A DNA stretch of 64,000 bases from Streptomyces sp. NBC_00353 (lineage in GTDB: Bacteria > Actinomycetota > Actinomycetes > Streptomycetales > Streptomycetaceae). Below are positions 50,703 through 60,407 of this stretch, piece after piece; position 1 is the first letter of the stretch; every line of letters begins with the position of its first letter. The DNA lies in the NCBI RefSeq assembly GCF_036108815.1, contig NZ_CP107985.1, positions 6,386,058-6,450,057 of the forward strand, given 5' to 3'. The notes under the pieces are model-generated. The model saw nothing but the letters and a program-made list of their open reading frames with translations. It was not told the origin of the DNA and searched no databases. The position numbers and the translations under genes were made by a program.

Positions 50703-52037
50703 TCACGGCGCCCACCGCACCCGGTGTTCCGCGAGATGTGCCAGGACCGCGTGGTTCGCCTCCCAGCCGTCGGGGAATTTCACCGTGACACCCAGCTGGA
50801 CCGGTTCCGTCGACGGATGTTCGTCCAGCAGGTCGGAGACGCCCTCGCGGCAGACCACGATGCAGGCATGGCGGTGCCGCGAGGCCAGGACGCACAGCCG
50901 GCCCGTCTCCAGGTGGAACGCCGTGGCGTCCGGGCGGCCGGACAGCGGGTGCAGGACCACCGTCACATCGAATTCGCGGCCCTGGAGCCGGTTCGCCGTG
51001 TCCACCGCCACACCCGTCACACCGAGCTCCGCGAGCGCCGCCCGCACCGCCGCGGCCTGGTCCCGGTGGGCGGTGCCGACCGCGACCCGGTCCGCCGTCA
51101 CCGCGGCGGGCTCGGGGGAGCGCTCGCTCGTCGCCGCGCCGCCCCGGTCCAGCAGACGGCGCACCACCAGGGCCACCGCCCGTACCGCCTCCGGATCCGT
51201 GCGCGGGGTGTGCCGGGCCGGAAGTTCGAGCAGACCCCAGCCGGACTCCGCGGCCTCGTCCAGCACCCGGTCCGGGGCGGAGCCGTCCGACGCGACACCG
51301 AACGACAGCCGCCGGTCGCCGTGGTCCGTGCCGCTGCGGAACGGGGTGTACGGGTAGAACGCGTCCGAGACCAGCGGCGCCGCCGACGCGGGCAGCCGCC
51401 ATGACACCGGCAGCCGGTGCTGCGGCAACTCCGGGTTGTGCGCCAGCAGTGTGGAGACCGCACTCGCCGACGGGTCGTACGACAACCCCGCCCACTGGTC
51501 CGCGCCGACGATCGAGAACGGGTCCAGCTGGCCGGGATCGCCGACGAAAAGCGCCCGTTCGAAGAGCCCGGCGACGGCCAGCAGCGCGTCCGAGCGCATC
51601 TGGTACGCCTCGTCGACGATCGCGTGCCCCCACGGCTCGACGTTCTTCACATGCGCCCACTTGGCGGCCGTCGAGATGACGACGTCAAGTCCGGCGAGGT
51701 CCGCCGCCTTTGCCGATTTCCGTACGTTGGCCAGGCCGTCCAGCACCTTGTCGTACGGGTCCGAGTCATTGCTGTGCAGCCTTCCGACCGGCAGCCCCGG
51801 GTCCTTCTCGGCCAGCCGCACCACCAAGTCGTCGACCTGGGCGTTGGTCTGTGCGACCACCATCAACGGGCGCCCGGCAGCGGCCAGTTCGAGCGCGGCG
51901 CGCACCACCAGCGTCGACTTGCCCGCGCCCGGCGGGGAGTCCACCACGATGCCGCGTGCCGTGCCGTGCAGCGTGTCGTCCAGGATCGCGGTGGTTGCCC
52001 GTCCCGCCGCCGCGCCCGGGTCGAATACGGCTGTCAC
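50703..52037 (-). CDS. SF1B helicase of the Upf1/Dna2 type (AAA_11/AAA_12)
   Basis: Walker A SPPGAGKST, Walker B VDEAYQ, and a C-terminal TANRLQGREFDVTVV motif. GTG start after GGAGGAC. GTGA overlap with the upstream gene. Confidence 0.8.
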   Translation of the reverse strand: MTAVFDPGAAAGRATTAILDDTLHGTARGIVVDSPPGAGKSTLVVRAALELAAAGRPLMVVAQTNAQVDDLVVRLAEKDPGLPVGRLHSNDSDPYDKVLDGLANVRKSAKAADLAGLDVVISTAAKWAHVKNVEPWGHAIVDEAYQMRSDALLAVAGLFERALFVGDPGQLDPFSIVGADQWAGLSYDPSASAVSTLLAHNPELPQHRLPVSWRLPASAAPLVSDAFYPYTPFRSGTDHGDRRLSFGVASDGSAPDRVLDEAAESGWGLLELPARHTPRTDPEAVRAVALVVRRLLDRGGAATSERSPEPAAVTADRVAVGTAHRDQAAAVRAALAELGVTGVAVDTANRLQGREFDVTVVLHPLSGRPDATAFHLETGRLCVLASRHRHACIVVCREGVSDLLDEHPSTEPVQLGVTVKFPDGWEANHAVLAHLAEHRVRWAP

Positions 52038-53641
52038 AGAGGGTCCTCCGCGGTCACGGGGTCGGGGTTCTCGGCGGCGGCGCCCGGCGGACCGCCGTGC
52101 GTCCAGGGGGTGTCCTCCGGGTCCGGCAGCTTCGGGCCGCCGCGCTGGTCGTGCTCGAACAGCGTCCACGCGATCCGGTCGCCCGGCTCCGGCAGCGAAC
52201 CCGGGGCCGGCTCCTTGCTCCGGCCCATCCGGTCGGTGATCCGCAGCACGAGCAGGACCTCCTCCGGTCCGGCGGCGTCCTCGGAGGCATACGCCACGAA
52301 CTCCGCGGTCTGCGGCCTGCCGTCCAGCGAGCGGTACACCTTCGTCCGCTCACCGAGATGCGGGCGCTCGTCCGTCCGGACCGTGACCAGCGGGCGCGGC
52401 GAGGGCCGCTTCGACTCGCTGTACGCCATCACCACCTCCGTCACCTCCCCGACAAACGCCTCGCCGGCCAGCCGCCGCCCGGCCAGCACCAGCGGATCGT
52501 CCAGCGCCTCCTGGGCCTCCAGCTGCGCCTGCGCCGTCTCCCGGGACGCCAGCTTCTGGGCTGCCGTCACCGCGTCGTCGCGGCGCGGCTGCGGCGGCTC
52601 CCCGGACCGCACCCGGTCCCGGTGGCCGGTGAACGACCAGCGGTCCCGGGTCCAGCGGTCCTCGGACCTGGCCCCGGGCGGCAGCTGCGCCATCAGGTCC
52701 AGCCCCCGCCACACGGCATCCCAGGTCGGCCGCAGCACCCCGGCGAGCAGCGATCCGATCTCCCGTTCGGCCGCTGTCAGTTCGGCCAGCCGGGCGTCGG
52801 CCGCGAGCCCGTCCTCGGCCGCCGCGAGTGCCGTGCGCGCCCGGTCGTACTTCTCGATCGCCGGTGCGAGCAGCCGGTTGTCGAATGCCGGGTCCGTGGC
52901 CGGACCGGCCGGCGGGCACACCAGCTGGCCGCCGCCGTCCCGCTCCAGCTCGGCCCGGAGCGCGGCCTCGGCCCCGGACTCGCCCGCCGGAGGGTCGATC
53001 CAGGCCAGCAGAGCCCCGAGATGCTGGTCCTCCAGCGTGGACTGCCCGGTCGCCCAGTGCCGGTTCAGCAGATCGGTCGCGGCGAGGAGCAGCGAGGAGC
53101 CCGGCACCCGGGCCCGCTCCCCGTAGTGCGTCAGCCAGCGGCCGAGCAGCGGGACACGGGCCGGGGCAGGGTACGGGGTGTCCGGATCGTCCTCGGCGGT
53201 ACGCCGGAACCGCATGGAACGGCCCAGCAGCCGCACGAAGTCGATACCCGCCCGGCTCGGCACGATCAACTGCGGTGCGTCCGTGCACAGTTCGACCTTG
53301 ACCTTGACCTTCTTGCCGGTCTCGGGATCGGTCTCGTTGCGCTCGGCCTGCTCGACCACGTCCGCGTACGACTCGATGTGCGGCAGGACCGCCTCGGCCA
53401 GGTCGGCGAGGAACGCGAACCGCAGGTCACGGTCGCGCGGCTGGGCGACAGTCAACAGCCGCGGCGCGTCCCGGTCGGTTCCGACGAGCGCGCCGAGCGG
53501 GGCGCCCGCCTCACCGGCGGTGGTCAGCGGTACGAGGACGAGCGGCCGGCCGCTGAGATGGCGGTGCAGAACGGTGGCCATCGGCTGTGCCCGCCCGCTC
53601 TCCACGGCCTCGAGCCGGGCCAGGGTGCTGATCAGTGACAT
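52034..53641 (-). CDS. uncharacterised 535-aa protein encoded between the nuclease and helicase genes
   Basis: Start at the ATG at 53641 after GGAGGG. The upstream 208 codons of the 743-aa ORF are G/R-rich junk. No motif recognised. Overlaps both neighbouring genes. Confidence 0.6.
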   Translation of the reverse strand: MSLISTLARLEAVESGRAQPMATVLHRHLSGRPLVLVPLTTAGEAGAPLGALVGTDRDAPRLLTVAQPRDRDLRFAFLADLAEAVLPHIESYADVVEQAERNETDPETGKKVKVKVELCTDAPQLIVPSRAGIDFVRLLGRSMRFRRTAEDDPDTPYPAPARVPLLGRWLTHYGERARVPGSSLLLAATDLLNRHWATGQSTLEDQHLGALLAWIDPPAGESGAEAALRAELERDGGGQLVCPPAGPATDPAFDNRLLAPAIEKYDRARTALAAAEDGLAADARLAELTAAEREIGSLLAGVLRPTWDAVWRGLDLMAQLPPGARSEDRWTRDRWSFTGHRDRVRSGEPPQPRRDDAVTAAQKLASRETAQAQLEAQEALDDPLVLAGRRLAGEAFVGEVTEVVMAYSESKRPSPRPLVTVRTDERPHLGERTKVYRSLDGRPQTAEFVAYASEDAAGPEEVLLVLRITDRMGRSKEPAPGSLPEPGDRIAWTLFEHDQRGGPKLPDPEDTPWTHGGPPGAAAENPDPVTAEDPL

Positions 53642-54786
53642 GGCGTTCCGCCCTCCGGAGCTGCCTGACCGGTCGCTCTTTCCAGCGCCTCCGCGCGCAG
53701 GGCCGCCGCGCGGCGCAGGGCCGCGACCGTCGGATCCGCCGGGTCGCCCTCCTTGCCCGCAGCCGCGGCCAGTACGTCGGTGACCGTCGTCAGACCCCCG
53801 AGCTCGCCCCGGACGCTCCGGCCCAGCGCCTGCACCGCACCGGCCGAGCGTGCCTTGGCCCGGCAGTGGAAGGCCAGTTCGCAGGCGGCCAGGCACTCCG
53901 GTGCGTATGCCGCCGTGACCGATTCGACCGCGGCCGTCAGCTCCTGCGGCGAACACTCCGGGTCGAAGGTGGTGCCCTCGGGCAGGGCGGCCGCGATCTC
54001 CTCGATCCGGGTCAGCCGGGTCAGCTGACGGCGGGTGACCGCGCGCTGCTTGCGTACGTCCACCACCGACGCCGTCGGCAGGTTGGAGAAGTCCTTCGGG
54101 CAGACCAGCAGCACCCGGTGGCCGACCTCCGCGCCCGGAGTGACCGCTGCGATCCGCTCCAGCGCCAGGACGTACACCGCGGACTGCCGGGCCGCCGCGC
54201 CGACCTTCGCCGCATCCGCGGAACTGTCGATCATGGGGAACGACTTGATCTCCACAACCGTCCACCGGCCGTCGGGGTGCACGACCACCGCGTCCGGCTC
54301 CAGATAGGCGGGCGAGCCCGCCACCTCCAGGGCCAGCATCGGATGGTCGAGCAGCGCCCAGCCGCCCGCGCCCGTCGCCTCCCGCAGCGCCAGCGCCGTA
54401 CGGGCCGCGCGTCCCTCGGGACCGGCTGCCGTCAGATCCGGTACCAGGACCTTGCGCGGCGCCTCGCTGCCGCCGCCGAGCCGCTCGTACAGCAGCCGCA
54501 TCAGCTCCGTACCGCCGTCGGCCTTGACCTTCGCCTCGAAGGCGTTGCCCCGCATGAACGCGAACTGCGACTGGCCGAACGCGGCAGGGGAGCCGAGTGC
54601 CGTCGCCAGCGCGGCCTTGTCCACCCCGGCGCCGTCCAGCAGGGCGCGCCGCTTGCAGCCGGGGTTCGCGGCGAGGGCGGCCAGCGCGCGGGCATCGAGC
54701 GGATGCGGGGCGACGGCCGGACCGCGCAGCTCAGCGAGCCGCTGCCGGAGCGCCGTCGTCTGCTGCGTCGCCCGATGCTGCGTCAT
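53632..54786 (-). CDS. Cas4/RecB-family PD-(D/E)xK nuclease with Fe-S cysteine cluster
   Basis: Motifs EPD...VVEIKS (PD/ExK) and QSAVY (QxxxY). One N-terminal Cys plus C-terminal CLAACELAFHC. Start is uncertain between the ATG at 54786 and the TTG at 54861. It overlaps the PAP2 gene tail. Confidence 0.7.
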   Translation of the reverse strand: MTQHRATQQTTALRQRLAELRGPAVAPHPLDARALAALAANPGCKRRALLDGAGVDKAALATALGSPAAFGQSQFAFMRGNAFEAKVKADGGTELMRLLYERLGGGSEAPRKVLVPDLTAAGPEGRAARTALALREATGAGGWALLDHPMLALEVAGSPAYLEPDAVVVHPDGRWTVVEIKSFPMIDSSADAAKVGAAARQSAVYVLALERIAAVTPGAEVGHRVLLVCPKDFSNLPTASVVDVRKQRAVTRRQLTRLTRIEEIAAALPEGTTFDPECSPQELTAAVESVTAAYAPECLAACELAFHCRAKARSAGAVQALGRSVRGELGGLTTVTDVLAAAAGKEGDPADPTVAALRRAAALRAEALERATGQAAPEGGTPCH

Positions 54787-55678
54787 CGGTGGAGTCTGCG
54801 GAGGAGGTCCGCTGGCCGGGGATTCGCTCACCCGCGGAAGTCTTGCATCCGGCACTGACAATCGGGGACTTCGTGGCCGATGCGGCTGGTGCGAACCGGG
54901 CCTGTACCGCGACCTTGACCCGGTCGACGAGCCGCATGACCGGCCAGGTCAGCAGCGCTCCGACGGCCATCACGGCAGCGCCCGCGACCGCGTCGAGGAA
55001 GTAGTGGTTGGCCGTGCCCATCACGACGATCGTGGTGACCAGCGGGTACATGACGCCCGCGGCGCGTACCAGCGGGTGCCGCGCGTGACGCCAGAGCAGG
55101 ATCCCGCACCACAGCGCCCAGCCGACGTGCAGACTCGGCATCGCGGCGTACTGGTTGGTCATCCAGCCCATCCCGCGCGGCGCGCTCGCCTCGGTGCCCC
55201 ACCAGCCGTACGAGCTGTACTGGGCCATGGTGTCGACGAAGCCGTGCGTGGCGTGCAGCAGCCGCGGCGGGCAGGTCGGCAGCAGCGCGAAGCCGACCAG
55301 GCCGAGCAGTGTGGAGGTCATCAACCAGGTGCGGGCGGTGCGGTACACGGCGGCTCGGCGCCGGTAGATCCAGATCAGGACGGCCGGGGTGACCAGGTAG
55401 TGCAGTGAGGCGTAGGCGAAGTCGGCGGGTATGCCGATGGACGGGTGGGCGGTCATCAGCCGGTTGAGCGGGTGCTCCGCGTTGAGGAAGAGCGTCTTCT
55501 CCAGATGCAGTATCCGCAGCCCGTGGTCCACAGCGGTCGACACATCGCTGCGGACCAGCAGCCGGCCCGCCGAGTAGACCGCGTACACGACCGCGATCAG
55601 CGGCAGCTCGGCCCACCAGCGAGGCCGGTGGCTCGGCGCGGACGCGGTGGCAAGCGGCATTCGGAAGCTCTCCATCAT
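54731..55678 (-). CDS. PAP2-superfamily membrane phosphatase-like protein
   Basis: Multi-transmembrane protein with the PAP2 motifs PSLHVGWA and ANHYFLD. Low-complexity C-terminal tail. Confidence 0.7.
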   Translation of the reverse strand: MMESFRMPLATASAPSHRPRWWAELPLIAVVYAVYSAGRLLVRSDVSTAVDHGLRILHLEKTLFLNAEHPLNRLMTAHPSIGIPADFAYASLHYLVTPAVLIWIYRRRAAVYRTARTWLMTSTLLGLVGFALLPTCPPRLLHATHGFVDTMAQYSSYGWWGTEASAPRGMGWMTNQYAAMPSLHVGWALWCGILLWRHARHPLVRAAGVMYPLVTTIVVMGTANHYFLDAVAGAAVMAVGALLTWPVMRLVDRVKVAVQARFAPAASATKSPIVSAGCKTSAGERIPGQRTSSADSTDDAASGDAADDGAPAAAR

Positions 55679-55908
55679 GTGTTCATGCGACCGAGGGCGG
55701 CCGTTCAACCGTACGGTGCAGATCGGCCGCGATTCCCCCGGGGGTACCCCTGCGGATGCCCCGGTTCGTGCGGAGATTTCTCCGCGGGGAAGGGGACGCG
55801 TGTTCGGCCCCGGAGGTTGCCTGTCGGGCACGTGAGCGATGATGGAAAAAGGCGGATCACCCGTCCCTGTTGTCGTTTTCTCCGAACCAAGATTCAGGGA
55901 GAGCCGTC

Positions 55909-56505
55909 ATGGCACCGCGTATCCTGCTCGCCCGGCACGGCCAGACGGAATGGTCCGTCAAGGGCAATCACACCGGCAGGACGGACATTCCTCTGCTCGA
56001 CGCGGGCCGCGCGGGCGCCAAGCTGCTGGGCGAGCGGCTGCACCGCGGACCGTGGGCGGACCTGCCGGGCCTGGAGGTCCGCACCAGCCCGCTCGTCCGC
56101 GCCAGGGAGACCTGCGACCTGGCGGGCTTCGCGGACCGGGCGCAGCCGTGGGACGCGCTCATGGAGTGGGACTATGGGGCGTACGAGGGCATGACGCCGG
56201 CCGAGATCCAGGCGATCCGGCCGGGCTGGTTCATCTGGCGCGACGGGGTACCGGACGGCGAGACCCTCTACGAGCTGTCCGCCCGTGCGGACGAGATCGT
56301 CGACTGGGCGCGCTCGGCCGAACGCGACGTGCTGGTCTTCGCCCACGGTCACATCCTGCGGGCGCTGGGGGCGCGCTGGCTGGGCGAGGACGTGTCGTTC
56401 GCGTCCCGCATCCGCCTGGACCCGACGTCGCTGTCGGTGCTCGGATGGGCATACGGGGCACCGGCCCTCGAACGCTGGAACGACACGGGCCACCTGGACC
56501 GGTGA
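55909..56505 (+). CDS. histidine phosphatase (phosphoglycerate-mutase-like) family protein
   Basis: Catalytic motif LARHGQTEW and a second His in AHGH. Confidence 0.85.
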   Translation: MAPRILLARHGQTEWSVKGNHTGRTDIPLLDAGRAGAKLLGERLHRGPWADLPGLEVRTSPLVRARETCDLAGFADRAQPWDALMEWDYGAYEGMTPAEIQAIRPGWFIWRDGVPDGETLYELSARADEIVDWARSAERDVLVFAHGHILRALGARWLGEDVSFASRIRLDPTSLSVLGWAYGAPALERWNDTGHLDR

Positions 56506-56690
56506 GGTCCTGCGCCCACCCGGCGGCGTAGGTGTCCTCAATCGCCGGACGGGCTCGAACTGTGGCCAGCGGGTGGGGCGAACCGTGGTCCGAATCTCAG
56601 CCCGCGCGGCCGAATTCGGCCCGCCCGGTGACTGAGGACGGAACCCGTGCGGCGGACCCGGATGTGCGTCGCGTGGGGCGGCACCCCGCG

Positions 56691-58052
56691 CTACGCCTCC
56701 GCCCCCGCCTCCCCGTACCGGTCCAGGAACTCCGTCACCTCCGGCGACCCCCACTGCGCCCGCAGCACCTGCACCGCCGCCGCCAGCATCGCCCGGATGC
56801 GGGAGGACTGGACCTGGGCCAGCAGGTCCAGCACCTGCTGCCCCGCCGTGGCCGCCTCCGCAGCGGCGCCGGCCCGGGCCAGGTCGGTCGTCAGCTCGGC
56901 GCGGTACAGCGCCAGGTTCCGGGTGAAGTGCGGATCCTGGAGCTGTGTGGCCCGCCGCGCATGGCGGACCGCCCGCGGCCAGTCGCCCAGCGCCGACCAG
57001 CACTGGGCCTCCAGCATCTCCAGCTCCGCCTCCCGGAAGAACGTCATCCACTCCGGGTCGGCATCGGACGCCCCGCGGCCGAACGCCGTGTGCGCCCGCC
57101 CCAGCGCCCGTTCGCAACCGCTTCGGTCGCCGAGGCCGGCCCGGCCCCCTGCCTCCCGCAGCGCGAGCAGCGCCAGCAGCCGCGGTGAGCCCAGGGGTCC
57201 CGCCGCCCGCTGCCCGGCCTCCGCCGCGCGTACCGCCTCACGGGGCCGCCCCGTGTCCCTCGCCAGGAACGACGTATTGCAGAACGCATGCGCCTCCAGC
57301 GCCGGGTCCCCGGCCACCCGAGCAGTGGCCAGCGCCTCCGCATAGTGCGAGCGGGCGTCGTCGAAGCGTCCCGAGTCATGCGCCAGCCACCCCACCGAGA
57401 TGGCCAGTTCACCGGCCCCGGCGTGCAGCCGGTCGGAGGTGGAGCGGCGGGTGATGGTCCCCTCGTCCAGCAGCGCGTAGGCCGCCCGCAGCGGTTGCGC
57501 GGCCCGCCGGTAGAGGCCGCCGCCGCCGTGCCGGTCGTCCAGCAGCCGGATCTGCCGTACCGCCTTCTCGACGGCCGTCACCTCGGCCTCGCCGACCCGC
57601 CGTTGGACGGGCACGGCAGCGGCGGCGATGGTCGTGGTGTCGAGGCCGAGGCCCAGGGATGCGGCCGCCATCGCGGTGGTGCCGCTCGTCATGAATACGC
57701 GACGCAGCACGTCGCTCTCCTCGTCGGTGTCGCTCTGGAGCGTGGGGGGTGGTGGGGTATCGGGGGCGTTGCCGGTGGTTCTCGCCGCCCGGCCGCGTAC
57801 GGACTCGCGCGCCGAGAAGCCCAGATCCGCCAGGGTCGCCCCGGGGAACATGTGCAGGAAGACTCGTTCGTACGCGTAGTTGGGACAGCGGATCTCGCCG
57901 GACTCCACGCGTCCGATGTACCGGGCGTCGCACGCGACCTGCTCGCCGATCTCGCGGGCGGACCTGCGTACCGCGGCAGCGAACTCCCCGGCGGAGCGCG
58001 GTCCGCGCAGCCGTCGGAAGGCGAGGTTGGGAACTGCCCCTGTCGACACCAT
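56691..58052 (-). CDS. XRE-family HTH regulator with C-terminal TPR-like domain
   Basis: N-terminal HTH FAAAVRRSAREIGEQVACDARYIGRVESGE, followed by helical repeats. Confidence 0.7.
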   Translation of the reverse strand: MVSTGAVPNLAFRRLRGPRSAGEFAAAVRRSAREIGEQVACDARYIGRVESGEIRCPNYAYERVFLHMFPGATLADLGFSARESVRGRAARTTGNAPDTPPPPTLQSDTDEESDVLRRVFMTSGTTAMAAASLGLGLDTTTIAAAAVPVQRRVGEAEVTAVEKAVRQIRLLDDRHGGGGLYRRAAQPLRAAYALLDEGTITRRSTSDRLHAGAGELAISVGWLAHDSGRFDDARSHYAEALATARVAGDPALEAHAFCNTSFLARDTGRPREAVRAAEAGQRAAGPLGSPRLLALLALREAGGRAGLGDRSGCERALGRAHTAFGRGASDADPEWMTFFREAELEMLEAQCWSALGDWPRAVRHARRATQLQDPHFTRNLALYRAELTTDLARAGAAAEAATAGQQVLDLLAQVQSSRIRAMLAAAVQVLRAQWGSPEVTEFLDRYGEAGAEA

Positions 58053-58244
58053 GGCTGGGCCCTCTCTGGTGCAAGCCGGGCGCCTGGTTCCGGTGTCCGG
58101 CGGGGCAAGAACGTACCCGCTGTGACAGCCCACACACACAGCGTTTGCCTACAAAACGGATATCTCACCCACGATCCGCCATGAACTGCCACCCTTTGCG
58201 GCGGTGCCGCACCGTAGCCCTTGACGTAGTCGACGCGTTGGTCC

Positions 58245-58775
58245 ATGCGGAGACGGAGTCTGGCTCCGCCCGGCGATGAGAGGAGAGGTCCCTTGTTGCA
58301 TCTCGGCACGGAGGCCGGCTCGCGGACGACTGCGGCGACCCGAACGGCGACGACCAGTACTGCCACCACTCGTACGGCGAAGGCCGATCCCGGAACCGCG
58401 GAGTGCGATCCCCCCGGCACCTTCCTCGGCGGCGGCCCCTGTGATCTGGTGACCGTTCCGGCCCGCCAGGGGCTGGAGGCCGTGGACATCCTGCGCCGCG
58501 GCGCCGATCAGGAGGCCGTCGGCCCGGTCCTGCACGACGGCGCCTGCGACACCCTCGGCTTCCTGGTGCCGCCGGGCACCGCCGAGGCCTGGGACGTGCC
58601 GGGCAGTGCCTGTACCCAGACGAACGGCCGCGGGCTGCGCATCCCCACCGAGCCGCCGGTCTCCGGCGGTGGCTGGCTGCTGCCGCCCGCCGCCGCGGTC
58701 ACCGATCCGGCCGCGCTGCGCGCCGCACTCGACCAGGCGGCCCGGCTGATCGAGGCGGCCGACAACTGCCGCTGA
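58245..58775 (+). CDS. hypothetical protein
   Basis: ORF with coding bias. Alternative TTG start at 58293 preceded by GAGGAGAGG. Function unknown. Confidence 0.45.
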   Translation: MRRRSLAPPGDERRGPLLHLGTEAGSRTTAATRTATTSTATTRTAKADPGTAECDPPGTFLGGGPCDLVTVPARQGLEAVDILRRGADQEAVGPVLHDGACDTLGFLVPPGTAEAWDVPGSACTQTNGRGLRIPTEPPVSGGGWLLPPAAAVTDPAALRAALDQAARLIEAADNCR

Positions 58776-58864
58776 GCCCATAATGGCCAGGTGGGCGGGT
58801 TTCCCCGTCGCTGCCGGTCCTGCACCGGCCCGGGCGGTGAAGCAGTGAGTAGGGACGAGCGTCA

Positions 58865-59767
58865 GTGGCACGTCGAGGTGCGTCGAGCGGTGGTGCGGGC
58901 GCCCGGAAACGAGCGGACCGCAAGTCCGACCGCAAGCCGGAGACCCTCTCCGAGACCGTCGACGGCGGTCTCGCCGAGCTGATCCCCGACCGGGAGCGGC
59001 CGCACGCCTGGACGCTGACCCTCGACGGCGCCCCGCAGTCCCACGTCGACCTCGACGACCCCTCGCATCTCTCCTTCGCCTATCAGCGCCGGATCGGTCA
59101 CATCGCAGATCTGGCCGCCCCCGCAGGGCAGCCCCTGCACGTCGTGCACCTGGGCGGCGGTGCCTTCACCCTCGCCCGGTACGTCGCAGCGACCCGGCCG
59201 CGCTCCACCCAGCAGGTCGTCGAGCTGGACGCGGCGCTCGTCCAACTGGTCCGCCGGGAGCTGCCGTTGGACCCGCAGGCCCGGATCAGGGTCCGTTCCA
59301 CCGACGCCCGCGCCGGGCTCGGGAAGATTCCGGACGACTGGGCGGATCTCGTCATCGCCGATGTCTTCAGCGGAGCCCGTACGCCCGCCCACCTCACCAG
59401 CGCCGAGTTCCTCGCCGACGTACGCCGGGTCCTGAAGCCCGCCGGACAGTATGTGGCCAACCTCGCCGACGGTCCGCCGCTGGCCCATCTGCGCGGCCAG
59501 ATCGCCACCGCCGCCACCGTCTTCCCGGAGCTGGCACTCGCCGCCGATCCGGCCGTGCTGCGAGGCCGCCGCTTCGGCAACGCCGTGCTGCTCGCCTCGG
59601 CGCTCCCGCTCAAGGTCGCCGAACTTACCCGCCGGGTCGCCACCGACCCGCACCCCGGACGCGTCGAACACGGCAAGGAGCTCGCCGACTTCACCGGCGG
59701 CGCGGCACCGGTGAGCGATGCGGACGCCCGTCCGTCACCCGCGCCTCCGCCCTCCGCCTTCGAATGA
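58865..59767 (+). CDS. spermidine-synthase-like SAM-dependent methyltransferase family protein
   Basis: Polyamine aminopropyltransferase-like core VVHLGGGAFTLARY ... DLVIADVF. Confidence 0.65.
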   Translation: MARRGASSGGAGARKRADRKSDRKPETLSETVDGGLAELIPDRERPHAWTLTLDGAPQSHVDLDDPSHLSFAYQRRIGHIADLAAPAGQPLHVVHLGGGAFTLARYVAATRPRSTQQVVELDAALVQLVRRELPLDPQARIRVRSTDARAGLGKIPDDWADLVIADVFSGARTPAHLTSAEFLADVRRVLKPAGQYVANLADGPPLAHLRGQIATAATVFPELALAADPAVLRGRRFGNAVLLASALPLKVAELTRRVATDPHPGRVEHGKELADFTGGAAPVSDADARPSPAPPPSAFE

Positions 59768-59778
59768 GCGGCCGGTGA

Positions 59779-60318
59779 TCAGACGATCTCGACCATCGGC
59801 GGATGGTCGTTCCAGGTACAGAAGACCGACACCGTCGTCCCGTCATCGGTGGTGAAGTTCACCCGGATCCAGGTCGTGTTCGTCCAGACCCGCATCGACC
59901 AGCCCGGGTCCGGTGTCGCCGAGACGAGCTTCGCCCAGTCGGCGCCGAGCTCGAAGACGACCCGCCCGCCGTCCGTCGGGTAGCTCTTGACCGTGCCGGA
60001 GGGCTTGGCCGGGCGCGGGGCCGACGGGCTGCTCGACGGGGTGCGGGACGGTTGCCGGGGCGGGGTCGTGGACGGCTTCGGAGTGGTACGAGGGGTGCTG
60101 CTGGGCGTCGGCGCCGGCGACGACGGCGGGCGGCTGGTCGAGGACGACAACGCGCCCGCTCCGCTGTGGCTGTCACGGGCGCTCGCGGAGATGGGCACCG
60201 CGCGCGGCGGGTCGTACGCCGTCCCCGCCATCACCGTGTGCACACCCCACCACGACAGCGTGACCGCAGCGCCGGTGGCGAGCGACCACGCGAGCGCGTG
60301 TACGAGTCCTCGTTGCAT
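59779..60318 (-). CDS. secreted/membrane protein with Pro/Thr/Ser-rich linker, divergent from the two-component system
   Basis: Signal/anchor region, a PT-rich linker, and a beta-rich C-terminal domain. Start at the ATG at 60318. Confidence 0.55.
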   Translation of the reverse strand: MQRGLVHALAWSLATGAAVTLSWWGVHTVMAGTAYDPPRAVPISASARDSHSGAGALSSSTSRPPSSPAPTPSSTPRTTPKPSTTPPRQPSRTPSSSPSAPRPAKPSGTVKSYPTDGGRVVFELGADWAKLVSATPDPGWSMRVWTNTTWIRVNFTTDDGTTVSVFCTWNDHPPMVEIV

Positions 60319-60407
60319 CCGGCACATCCTGCACCACAGGGCCCCGTGCTGTCCCCGTACCCACACGGACAGGACCGCGGGCCGGTCAATGGCGTACGGT
60401 GCCGCCC

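Noticed and set aside
52350-53288. Several R/G-rich ORFs (312 aa minus, 157 aa plus, 642 aa plus at 51710) around the helicase/unknown genes
   Set aside because: Out-of-frame low-complexity products that overlap better-supported coupled genes.
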